Positions 50,610-58,986 of a stretch of DNA of 62,775 nt are shown here, one piece after another. The stretch is from assembly GCA_964458665.1 (NCBI GenBank), contig CAYWOO010000110.1, positions 1 to 62,775 on the forward strand. Reading direction: 5' to 3'. How positions within the stretch are numbered: the first letter of the stretch is position 1; every line of letters starts with the position of its first letter. The stretch is from an uncultured Dehalococcoidia bacterium (GTDB taxonomy: Bacteria; Chloroflexota; Dehalococcoidia; DSTF01; JACRBR01). The position numbers were made by a program, and so were the translations under genes. The notes below the pieces were generated by a model. That model had not been told where the DNA came from and did no database searches. It saw nothing but the letters and a program-made list of their open reading frames with translations.

Positions 50610-52412
50610 ATGATCGTGAATGTCCATCGCCGGTTGGTCGCCGTGCTTTTGCTCGTGGTTTGCGCGGCTGCGTTCGTCCCGTCGGAGCGGACCGCCCTCG
50701 CGGTGGAGGGAGACACCGCGGCCGATCTGGTGTTCGGCCAACCCGACTTCACGACCCCAACCACATGTATGCCGTTGAGCGCGACCAGCCTTTGCGATCC
50801 TCGTGCCATCGCCATTGACGCCCTGGGGAACATGTACGTGGCGGAAAACACGTTCGCGCGCAGCCGCGTGGTACGGTACGACAATCCGGCCGGCACCTGC
50901 GGCTCGTGCGACACGGTGACGGCCGATGAGGTGTACGGGCAGGTTGACTTCACCGTAGGCACCTGCCTGGCGCCCACCAAAGACCGCCTCTGCCGCCCTG
51001 GTGCGTTGGCGGTTGACTCGAACGACCCGCTCGACGACACGGACGACGACCTCTACGTCGCCGATTATGCTAATGACCGTGTGCTGATTTATCACGATCC
51101 GCTTCACGATCGTGCAGCCGACGTGGTGCTCGGCCAGGGAGCGGCCTGCGATGGGGCTGGTGCTCAGTCCCCAAGCTGCCTGAACTCCGGCAGCTGCAAT
51201 ATCGGAGGCATCAGCGCGTCCACGCTGTGCAACCCTGCGGGCGTGACCATACATCCCAGCGGCGACGTATTCGTGAGCGACGGAAACAGCCGTGTGCTCC
51301 AATACACCGGTCTGGCGAATGGATCTGTATTGACCGCCGATCGAACCGCCGACGTCGTCCTCGGCCACGCGGACTTCACTACCGGTGGCTGCAACGAGGG
51401 AGGTGGCGCACAGCAGGACACGCTGTGCGGGCCGGAAGCCTTGGCGTTCGACAACGTGAGCCCCGGGATTCGCCTGTACGTGGCCGATCCGCAGAACAAC
51501 CGCGTGCTCTTTTACCAGGGGAACCCGCTGGTCAGCGGCCAAAACGCAAATTACGTCATGGGTCAGGCCGGAGACTTCACGACATCATCGTGTCTGGCGA
51601 TGAGCGCCGCCAGCCTCTGTTCTCCGCGAGGTATCGCTATCGACCTCGCGACTGACGACCTGTACGTCGCGGAGCAAGTTTCCCACCGTGTGCTCGCATA
51701 CCCGAATACGCTCGCGTCTGCGGACGCCGTCTACGGCCAGCCTGTTCTCGACTTCGTCAGCGGCACCTGCAACAATCTGGCTGTGGGCCCGGAAGGCCGA
51801 CTGTGTTCGCCCGTGGCCGTCGCAGTGCACTGCGGCGACCTGTATGCCGCCGACTATCAGAACAATCGTGTCCTCATGTATCGGGGCGTCAACGGCGCGA
51901 ACAACGACGCACTCGGCGGGCCATTCGGCAATCCACCGACCCTTCCGTGGATCGTCGACGGCGCCTCGCCGGAAGGTCTGACGACGGGAAACAATGTGTG
52001 TGACACGAACGACGACAACGATGGCTGCACGGACGTGAAAGAGGCAGGGCTGGCACCCACATCTGGTGGCATGCGCGATCCGCTCAATCCGTGGGACTTC
52101 GCCGATGTGCCTACGCCGCCGCTGCTGCCGGCCAGCACGACGGGCACGCGAAACAAGATCATCGGCCTGCCGGATGTGTTGGCGAATCTGCAGTACGTTG
52201 GGACCTCCGCCGCGAACCCGAACACGCCGAACGTCAACGGAGCGATGTACGGGAGCGACCTGAACGGCAACGGCATGATGGACGGCCGGGAGTACGACCG
52301 GATGCCCAGTACGACGCCCGGACAGCCGTGGCGGTCGGGACCGCCGAACGGGACGGTGACGCTGGGCGACGTGCTGACGGTGCTGGCGCAGTCGGGGACG
52401 AGCTGTAGTTAG
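50610..52412 (+). CDS. Secreted NHL-repeat beta-propeller protein with the same conserved C-terminal tail
   Basis: Signal peptide; repeated AD.V.GQ.DFT...C...LC.P..(I/L)A.D...LYVAD..N.RVL.Y units. Confidence 0.9.
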   Translation: MIVNVHRRLVAVLLLVVCAAAFVPSERTALAVEGDTAADLVFGQPDFTTPTTCMPLSATSLCDPRAIAIDALGNMYVAENTFARSRVVRYDNPAGTCGSCDTVTADEVYGQVDFTVGTCLAPTKDRLCRPGALAVDSNDPLDDTDDDLYVADYANDRVLIYHDPLHDRAADVVLGQGAACDGAGAQSPSCLNSGSCNIGGISASTLCNPAGVTIHPSGDVFVSDGNSRVLQYTGLANGSVLTADRTADVVLGHADFTTGGCNEGGGAQQDTLCGPEALAFDNVSPGIRLYVADPQNNRVLFYQGNPLVSGQNANYVMGQAGDFTTSSCLAMSAASLCSPRGIAIDLATDDLYVAEQVSHRVLAYPNTLASADAVYGQPVLDFVSGTCNNLAVGPEGRLCSPVAVAVHCGDLYAADYQNNRVLMYRGVNGANNDALGGPFGNPPTLPWIVDGASPEGLTTGNNVCDTNDDNDGCTDVKEAGLAPTSGGMRDPLNPWDFADVPTPPLLPASTTGTRNKIIGLPDVLANLQYVGTSAANPNTPNVNGAMYGSDLNGNGMMDGREYDRMPSTTPGQPWRSGPPNGTVTLGDVLTVLAQSGTSCS

Positions 52413-52424
52413 GGTGCGCTGGCA

Positions 52425-52575
52425 GGCGTGACGAGCGGGGCGGACACACAGGTCCGCCCCTACGGCGACCCACAGCCGGGGGCGGCTGTGCCACATCGCG
52501 GGCGTGACGAGCGGGGCGGACACGCAGGTCCGGCCCGTACGGCGACCCACAGCCGGGGGCGGCTGTGCCACATCG
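52425..52575 (-). repeat. Tandem array, 2 x 76 bp, with GTAG- and GTGG-headed REPs
   Basis: The - strand reads GTAGGGGCGGACCTGTGTGTCCGCCCC and GTGGCACAGCCGCCCCCGGCTGTG; units at 52425 and 52501. Confidence 0.9.
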
Positions 52576-52647
52576 ACGGCAACGCGGGCGGCTGTAGCAC
52601 ATCGCGGGCGCGTCGAGCGTATGCGGGGGCGCTGATATACTCGCGCG

Positions 52648-53373
52648 ATGAGCGGTACTGTCCTTGATATGCATGTGCACACTACGGCGGGGGCTTCGGA
52701 CAGCGGATTGAGTCCGGAGGACCTGGCGGAGGAGGCGCGGAAGCGCGGGCTAACGGGCATCAACATCACGGAGCACGACCGGCTCTGGGATACGTACAAG
52801 CTCAACGAGTATCGCGCGCGGCACAGCGATCTGTTCGTCAACAACGGCATGGAAGTGTCGACGGACCTCGGCCACATGATCGTGGTGGGGTTGAAGCAGT
52901 ACGTCAGCGGCATCCGGCGGGCGGAGGAGCTGCGGCGCGTGCTGGACGAGCTGGGCGGGTACATGGTGGTGGCGCACCCGTTCCGCCACTGGTTCGACCC
53001 GGTGTACTTCCGCAAGCAAGGGAAAGAGCCGTTCACGATGACGCCGGAGCAGGCGGCGGAGCGGATGCCGGTGTTCGGTCTGGTCGATGCGATCGAGGCG
53101 CTGAATGGCGCGAACACGCCCCGGGAGAATCTGTTCGCGCTGCGCGTCGCGAAGGTGCTGGGCAAGCCAGTGACGGGCGGCAGCGACGCGCACTCGACGT
53201 CGGGCATCGGGTTCTACTGCACGGTGTTCGAGCAGGAGTTGCAGACGCCGGACGACATGCTGCGCGAGCTGCACGCTGCTCGTTTCCATGCGCATCACGG
53301 TTTGCTGCAGGGTAATCTTACGTACTTCACGGAGGATAGCCTCGAAGAGGCGGCGCCTGGTTTGGCGACGTAA
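52648..53373 (+). CDS. PHP-domain metal-dependent phosphoesterase
   Basis: DMHVHT, ITEHD, GMEVST..GH, AHPFR, GGSDAH. Confidence 0.92.
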   Translation: MSGTVLDMHVHTTAGASDSGLSPEDLAEEARKRGLTGINITEHDRLWDTYKLNEYRARHSDLFVNNGMEVSTDLGHMIVVGLKQYVSGIRRAEELRRVLDELGGYMVVAHPFRHWFDPVYFRKQGKEPFTMTPEQAAERMPVFGLVDAIEALNGANTPRENLFALRVAKVLGKPVTGGSDAHSTSGIGFYCTVFEQELQTPDDMLRELHAARFHAHHGLLQGNLTYFTEDSLEEAAPGLAT

Positions 53374-53388
53374 CCACGAGACGCGATT

Positions 53389-53615
53389 AGCCACGAAGGG
53401 CACGAAGTACGTTGGGCGGAGCGTTGCGCTGGTGCCCGGGCGTTCGTGTCATACGAAGTTCCGTCCAACCGGCGGGGCGCCTGTCCTACAGCGACGGCGC
53501 GACGTTAGCCACGAAGGACACGAAGGGGCACGAAGTGGTTCGGGCGGAGCGTTGTGCTGGCGCTCGGCGTTCGTGTGAGGTCCGCGCCCGCCCGACAGGC
53601 GGGGCGCCTGTCGTA
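53389..53615. repeat. Two composite units of 9-bp-periodic element (CCACGAAGG.CACGAAG) plus GTAG-type REP
   Basis: Periodic elements at about 53389 and 53508; GGCGGGGCGCCTGTC at about 53471 and 53598. Confidence 0.8.
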
Positions 53616-53663
53616 TGTTTCTTGATGACCGATCGGGCGCGGCGCCTTGTGATGTTGTGGCGG

Positions 53664-54344
53664 TCAGGCGGCGTTGTGCTCTTCCTTCGGAGTGGCAGGC
53701 ATGAATTGTGCGAGCGTTTCGCGCTGGAAGTCGAGGTCGAGCCACTCGGCTGGCGCGCCGGTCTGGCGTAGCGTGGTGTAGGTCGCATTCATGATGTCGT
53801 GGTCGAGGCCGAGCGCTTGCAGGCGCTGCATTTCGGCGAGGGCCTGGTCGTCGGAGAGAAGGCCGCGTGCGACTTTGTTCCAGACGATCCCGGCCATGTA
53901 GGAAGACTGCGTCCAGCTCTTCTCGTCCAGGACGCCTCGCGCGGTCGCTTCATTGACCAGTGTCACCGGCTGGGGACAGCGGCTCATGACATCTTCGGCG
54001 ACGCTGCCGACAAAGAGACGATCCAGCCCGCGCCGGCCGCGTGTGCCCATGACGATCACGTCGACTTCGTACTCTGCGGCGACCTTGGCGATCTCCGCGG
54101 CGGGATCGCCCTTGCGGACGATTCCGTGGGCTGCGATGCCCTGAGAGCGAAGCTGAGCCTCGAACGCGTCGACGTATGTTTCGGCCGAGCGGATGGCGTG
54201 TGGTGTGAGGGACCTGATGACTGGAACGACGTGCAACAGGTGGATTGTGGCGCCAGTGACGCTGGCCAACCGCTGCAGGTGCGCCAGGAGAATGCGATCG
54301 CGGGATGATTGATCGAGTGGCGCAAGGGCCTTAAGTGTGGTCAT
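53664..54344 (-). CDS. Universal stress protein (UspA domain plus C-terminal extension)
   Basis: LAPLDQS, DVIVMGTRGRRGLDRLFVGSVAEDVM..CP.PV. Confidence 0.92.
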   Translation of the reverse strand: MTTLKALAPLDQSSRDRILLAHLQRLASVTGATIHLLHVVPVIRSLTPHAIRSAETYVDAFEAQLRSQGIAAHGIVRKGDPAAEIAKVAAEYEVDVIVMGTRGRRGLDRLFVGSVAEDVMSRCPQPVTLVNEATARGVLDEKSWTQSSYMAGIVWNKVARGLLSDDQALAEMQRLQALGLDHDIMNATYTTLRQTGAPAEWLDLDFQRETLAQFMPATPKEEHNAA

Positions 54345-54491
54345 GGTGGTCCTCCTCCGACTAAGGGAGCATCGTCAGTTGGGGTGGCTCTGTTTAGAGG
54401 CCAGACGGCCCGAAACTGGTCGCGTGGTAGGATTGGGGGCGCGGGTGGTTGGGATGGCTGCTGCGCTTTAGTTACTAGACCGGCACTCCTC

Positions 54492-57323
54492 TTGCCGTAT
54501 GTTTCTCTCGATCTCGAGACGACCGGACTTGATCCGGACACGGACGAGATCATCGAAGTCGCCGCGATCCGTTTTGACGCGAGCGGCGTGCTCGACACGT
54601 ATCAGACGCTCGTGAACCCGGGGCGGAAGCTCGAGTATCGCATTGCGATGCTCACGCACATCGATCCGGCGACGCTGGACGCTGCGCCGCACTTCGGCAG
54701 CATCGCGCCGGATGTGGAGCGCTTCATCGGGTTCGACGCGATCGTCGGGCAGAATCCGACGTTCGATACGACGTTTCTGCAACGCAAGGGCGTACAGATC
54801 TTCGGGCCGACGTACGACACGTTCGAGCTGGCGGGGCTGCTGCTGCCGGACCTGCGGCAGTTCACGCTCGGCGCCATCGCGGATCATCTGGGCCTGACGT
54901 TCACGAACCGGCATCGCGCGATGGCGGATGCGGACGCGGCGATGCGCGTGTTTGCGGCGCTACGGCAGCGGCTCGTCGATTCGCCGCCGGAGCTGATCGC
55001 CGAGGTCGAGCGCATCGCGTCGGCGAGCGAGTGGACGTTGCGACACCTGTTCCAGGAGATCGCGAACGAAACGCCGTGGGCGACGGGCGATACCGATCGC
55101 CCGGGCATCGTGCACGGGTTCGTGAAAGCGCCGGGCGAACTGCCGGAGGTGCGGCCGCCGTCGCCGAAGCGCGTCGCCGTGCCGTCCGAAGAAGCAGTGC
55201 GGCTGATCGGTTCGGGCGCCGCGCGCGAAGTGATCGACGAGTTTGAGGAGCGGCCAGAGCAGGCGGCGATGGCGCGCGCCGTGGCGGAAGCGATCGCCGA
55301 GGGCGACAGCCTGATCGTCGAGGCGGGTACGGGCGTCGGGAAGTCGCTGGCGTACCTCGTGCCATCGGCGCTGCATGCGGTGCGGAACAACACGCGCGCG
55401 GTGATTTCGACGAACACGATCAACCTGCAAGAGCAATTGATGTCGCAGGACATACCGATCGCGCGGCGGTTGCTGGCGGAAGCAGGCATCGCGCACGACG
55501 ATCTGCGCGTGGCGCAGCTGAAGGGGCGCCGCAACTACCTGTGCTTGCTGCGCTGGGCGGGCGCACGGCGCCTCGGATCGATGTCGATCGAGGAGACGCG
55601 CGTAGCGGTGCGGCTGCTGTTCTGGCTGGGGCAGACGGACACGGGAGATCGTGCGGAGCTGAATCTGCGGCGCGAGGAAGATGCCGCGTGGAGCCGGGTC
55701 AGCGCGCACGAGGGCGGGTGCATCGCGATGCAGTGCGAGTACGTGCGCGATGGGTCGTGCTTCCTGTACCGCGCGAGGAAGCAGGCGGAGGCGGCGCACG
55801 TACTGATCGTGAACCACGCGCTGCTGCTCTCAGACGTGGCGACGGGCGGCAACGTGCTGCCGGAGTATCAGCACCTCGTGGTCGATGAGGCGCATCACTT
55901 AGAAGAGGAAGCGACGAACCAGTTCGGCTTCAATGCGTCGGAAGCGGACGTGCTGGCGTGGCTGGAGCGGGCGCACTCGCGGGCGGGCATCGGCCGGGAG
56001 AGCGGCTTGACGGCGAGCGTCGATTCGGCGACTCGCGTGTCGTCGCAGGCGCTGGGGCCGGCGCCGCAACTACAGTCGCTGGCGCGGACGCTGGCGCAGT
56101 CGACGGTCCGGGCGCGCGACCGCGTGCCGGCGTTCTTCCGCGCGCTGCAGCAGTTCGGGCAGGAGCACAGCAGCGGCCGCAACGACTTCGATGAGCGGAT
56201 CCCGATCAACCGCGGCATGCGGGTGCAGCCGGACTGGTCGGACATCGAGGCGGACTGGTTCAAGACGGAGGAAACGCTCGCTGAAGTGCTCGGCGTGCTG
56301 GAGGAGCTGCACGAAGCGCTGACACAGGCCGACGTGAAGGACGTGCTCGATCACGACGCCGTGGTCGCCGAAGCGGTGGACCTGCTCGACGATGGCGAAG
56401 CGCTGCGGACGGGGCTGTCGCGGATCATCGGCAAAGACGACCGGGAGGCGATCTGCTGGCTGACGATGGGCCGGCGCGATGCGTCGCCCTCGCTGTCGAG
56501 CGCGCCGTTGTCCGTTGCGGAGGCGCTGCGGGCGGGGTTGTACGGATCGAAGGAAAGCGTCGTTCTGACGAGCGCGACGCTGAGCACTGAGGATAATTTC
56601 GACTACATCAAGGGCCGGTTGGGGTTCGAGGACTCTCGCGAGCTGCTGCTCGGATCGCCGTTCGACTATCGGCAGTCGACGCTGATCCTCGCGCCGAGCG
56701 ACATGCCGGAGCCAGATCAGCAGGGATATCTCGCGGCGCTGCAGTCGGCGATCATCGAGCTGGTGACGGCGAGCAGAGGGCGGGCGCTGGTGCTGTTCAC
56801 GTCGCACGGCGGGCTGCGCGCGGCATATCAAGGGATCAAGCGGCAACTCGAAGAACAGGAGATCCTCGTGCTAGGCCAAGGCATCGACGGGCCGCCGCGG
56901 CAACTGCTGGCGACGCTGAAGGAGAATCAGCGGACGGTCGTGCTGGGCGCGGCGAGTTTCTGGGAGGGTGTCGACGTGACGGGCGACGCGCTTTCGCTGC
57001 TGATCATGGCGCGACTGCCGTTCGCTGTGCCGTCGGATCCGGTGTACAGGGCGAGATCGGAGCTGTTCGACCAACCGTTCGAGCAGTACGCTCTGCCGCA
57101 GGCGATCCTGCGCTTCAAACAGGGTTTCGGACGGCTGATCCGGCGCAAGACCGACCGCGGTGTGATGGTGGTGCTCGACCGGCGGTTCCGCAGCCGGCGG
57201 TATGGCGAAGCGATCGTGCGATCGCTGCCGTCTTGCGAGCTGCGTGAGCCGCCGCTGCGCGATCTGCCCGGCGAGGTGGTCGCGTGGCTCGACCGGCCAG
57301 CGACCAGCGCGCCGTCCGCGTGA
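54492..57323 (+). CDS. dinG: DnaQ-exonuclease-DinG helicase fusion
   Basis: DLETTG and HRAMADA (DEDDh); EAGTGVGKS, DEAHH, LTSATL, FWEGVD, KQGFGRLIR; four Fe-S Cys. TTG start inferred. Confidence 0.92.
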   Translation: MPYVSLDLETTGLDPDTDEIIEVAAIRFDASGVLDTYQTLVNPGRKLEYRIAMLTHIDPATLDAAPHFGSIAPDVERFIGFDAIVGQNPTFDTTFLQRKGVQIFGPTYDTFELAGLLLPDLRQFTLGAIADHLGLTFTNRHRAMADADAAMRVFAALRQRLVDSPPELIAEVERIASASEWTLRHLFQEIANETPWATGDTDRPGIVHGFVKAPGELPEVRPPSPKRVAVPSEEAVRLIGSGAAREVIDEFEERPEQAAMARAVAEAIAEGDSLIVEAGTGVGKSLAYLVPSALHAVRNNTRAVISTNTINLQEQLMSQDIPIARRLLAEAGIAHDDLRVAQLKGRRNYLCLLRWAGARRLGSMSIEETRVAVRLLFWLGQTDTGDRAELNLRREEDAAWSRVSAHEGGCIAMQCEYVRDGSCFLYRARKQAEAAHVLIVNHALLLSDVATGGNVLPEYQHLVVDEAHHLEEEATNQFGFNASEADVLAWLERAHSRAGIGRESGLTASVDSATRVSSQALGPAPQLQSLARTLAQSTVRARDRVPAFFRALQQFGQEHSSGRNDFDERIPINRGMRVQPDWSDIEADWFKTEETLAEVLGVLEELHEALTQADVKDVLDHDAVVAEAVDLLDDGEALRTGLSRIIGKDDREAICWLTMGRRDASPSLSSAPLSVAEALRAGLYGSKESVVLTSATLSTEDNFDYIKGRLGFEDSRELLLGSPFDYRQSTLILAPSDMPEPDQQGYLAALQSAIIELVTASRGRALVLFTSHGGLRAAYQGIKRQLEEQEILVLGQGIDGPPRQLLATLKENQRTVVLGAASFWEGVDVTGDALSLLIMARLPFAVPSDPVYRARSELFDQPFEQYALPQAILRFKQGFGRLIRRKTDRGVMVVLDRRFRSRRYGEAIVRSLPSCELREPPLRDLPGEVVAWLDRPATSAPSA

Positions 57324-57790
57324 ACACGCACCTTCGGCCCGTAGATGATGGTGATGCCGCGTGGCTGGACGGATGGCTGGCGCCTGTTGCCGCATCTGTC
57401 GGATATGACGGGATCGCGGGTGAGCGGCCGGGTTCGACGTTGATGGAGCGGCTGCGGGGCGAACGGCGGCTGCGGGCGCAGATTATTGTGCGCGATAGCG
57501 ATGATGTTGGGCTGGTCGCGTACCGCACGAGTGCGCCCAAGCGGGATGCGGCGGTCGTCGAGATCGTGGCGACGCCGCCTGCACTCGCACGTCGCGGGTC
57601 GGGGATGAGTGCGGTGGCGCTGGTCGAGGATGCGGTGCGGGCGGAAGGTGCGCGAGTGGTGTACGCGCCGGCGCCTTCGGCTCACGGTATCGGGACATAC
57701 TTCTGGATCAGGTTGGGGTATCGGCCGCTGCTGCGTGCTGATTGGCCGTGCGAGCGGGCAGGTGTCGCGTGGTTGGTGCGGGAGTTGTGA
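57320..57790 (+). CDS. GNAT-fold-like protein
   Basis: IVATPPALARRGSG and YFWIRLGY resemble acetyl-CoA-binding motifs; GTG start overlaps the dinG stop. Confidence 0.65.
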   Translation: MNTHLRPVDDGDAAWLDGWLAPVAASVGYDGIAGERPGSTLMERLRGERRLRAQIIVRDSDDVGLVAYRTSAPKRDAAVVEIVATPPALARRGSGMSAVALVEDAVRAEGARVVYAPAPSAHGIGTYFWIRLGYRPLLRADWPCERAGVAWLVREL

Positions 57791-57796
57791 GCGCGC

Positions 57797-57932
57797 GAGC
57801 AGGGCATTCTACGGAATGCCCCTACGCGAACGGTGTGCGTGCTATTGCTTGGCTGGTGCGGGAGCTCTAGCGCGTGACGAGCGAGGGCATTCTACGGAAT
57901 GCCCCTACGCGAACGGTGTGCGTGCTATTGCT
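57797..57932 (-). repeat. Tandem duplication (about 83 bp) with REP GTAGGGGCATTCCGTAGAATGCCC
   Basis: Copies at 57801 and 57884; a related copy lies at about 8157. Confidence 0.9.
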
Positions 57933-58242
57933 CGTCGGGGTGGACGATGACGTCTTCGGTTTCGTCTTCGCGATCGCGGCGGGTGCGGCCGGCGGTAACG
58001 ACGTTGGTCACGAGCAGGTGCGCGAGGCTGTAGCTGACGCCGAGCAGGGCGGCGATCTGTAGCACGAACGCGGCGGGGTTGACCGAGCCCTCGTTGATGA
58101 TGAAGGCGATGAGCATGCCGGTGGCGAAGGCGGCGAAGACGGGGAAGGATCGCCAGCGCCAGTCGGGGCGGGAGCGGGTTTTCGCTGGGTGCGGTTCGGC
58201 CGTCGGTGAGGAGCTTGGTTGGGGGCGTTTTTTGGTGGGCAT
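57925..58242 (-). CDS. Small two-TM membrane protein
   Basis: Two hydrophobic helices with charged termini. Confidence 0.7.
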   Translation of the reverse strand: MPTKKRPQPSSSPTAEPHPAKTRSRPDWRWRSFPVFAAFATGMLIAFIINEGSVNPAAFVLQIAALLGVSYSLAHLLVTNVVTAGRTRRDREDETEDVIVHPDEQ

Positions 58243-58329
58243 CAGGGCGTGCCGGCGGGCGCACAGCCGTGCGCCCCTACGCGGGCGTTGGTGGCGCACA
58301 CGATCTGTGGGTTCAGAGTGATCGCGTGT

Positions 58330-58605
58330 GCTGCGTCGGTCCGGCGTTGCCGGACGGACAGCCGGGGGCGGCTATCCCACATCGAAGAGTCGCGGTCATT
58401 CGTTGCGCACGCGACCGTTGGGCGCTGGTCGATCGAGCGTTGTGCGTAGGTCCGGCTATGCCGGACGGACAGGCGAGGACGGCTATCCCACATCGAATGT
58501 GCGGAGTCGTTCGGGACGCACGCGACCGGCTCGCGCGTCGCGATGGGGTGTGCTGCGTTGGTTCGGCTGTGCCGGACGGAAAGGCGAGGACGGCTATCCC
58601 ACATA
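58330..58605 (-). repeat. Degenerate tandem array, 3 x about 111 bp, with GTGG-headed REP (..CGGCTATCCCACAT)
   Basis: Units at about 58341, 58452 and 58563; a single GTAG REP lies at 58257-58280. Confidence 0.85.
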
Positions 58606-58657
58606 GGGCCGGCGCTGCCCGTGGTGGCAAACATCGATTGAGGCTGCAGTTTGTTGG

Positions 58658-58975
58658 TCATGCGCGCCTCTTGTAGCGGCGGGAGTGCTCGCTGCTTCTG
58701 CGGGGCGATCGGGCTGTTGCGGGAACGGCCGGGCCTGGCGCATCGGTGGTCGCCGGGTCGCGCTCCGTGCCTGCGAGGCAGGTGTTGCAGGCAAACTGTA
58801 GCGCTAAATACTGCTCGTCGACCCAGACCTGGCCACAGTCTTTGGATTCGACGTCGTTGCGCTGGTTGAGGTGGAAGCGGTTGTCGCACCAATTGCACTC
58901 GGCCGTCCTCGCCGCGTCGGCGGACTCGCCGCAGACGTTGCATATGAATGTGGAAGGGGCGGCGTCGGAGCTCAT
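58658..58975 (-). CDS. Small Cys/His-rich zinc-finger protein (C4HC3-like)
   Basis: CNVC-x11-CNWC-x4-H-x11-C-x15-CNTC; lies just downstream of the nucleotidyltransferase gene. Confidence 0.75.
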   Translation of the reverse strand: MSSDAAPSTFICNVCGESADAARTAECNWCDNRFHLNQRNDVESKDCGQVWVDEQYLALQFACNTCLAGTERDPATTDAPGPAVPATARSPRRSSEHSRRYKRRA

Positions 58976-58986
58976 CGGGAGTCCAG

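Noticed and set aside
54309-54491. N-terminal extension of DinG
   Set aside because: It overlaps the divergent usp start and the intergenic region; the exonuclease motif begins at about 54500.
58330-58605. Repeat with variable linkers as a mini-CRISPR
   Set aside because: The repeats are degenerate, the linkers are mutually similar (both contain CGCACGCGACCG), and the hairpin matches the REP family.
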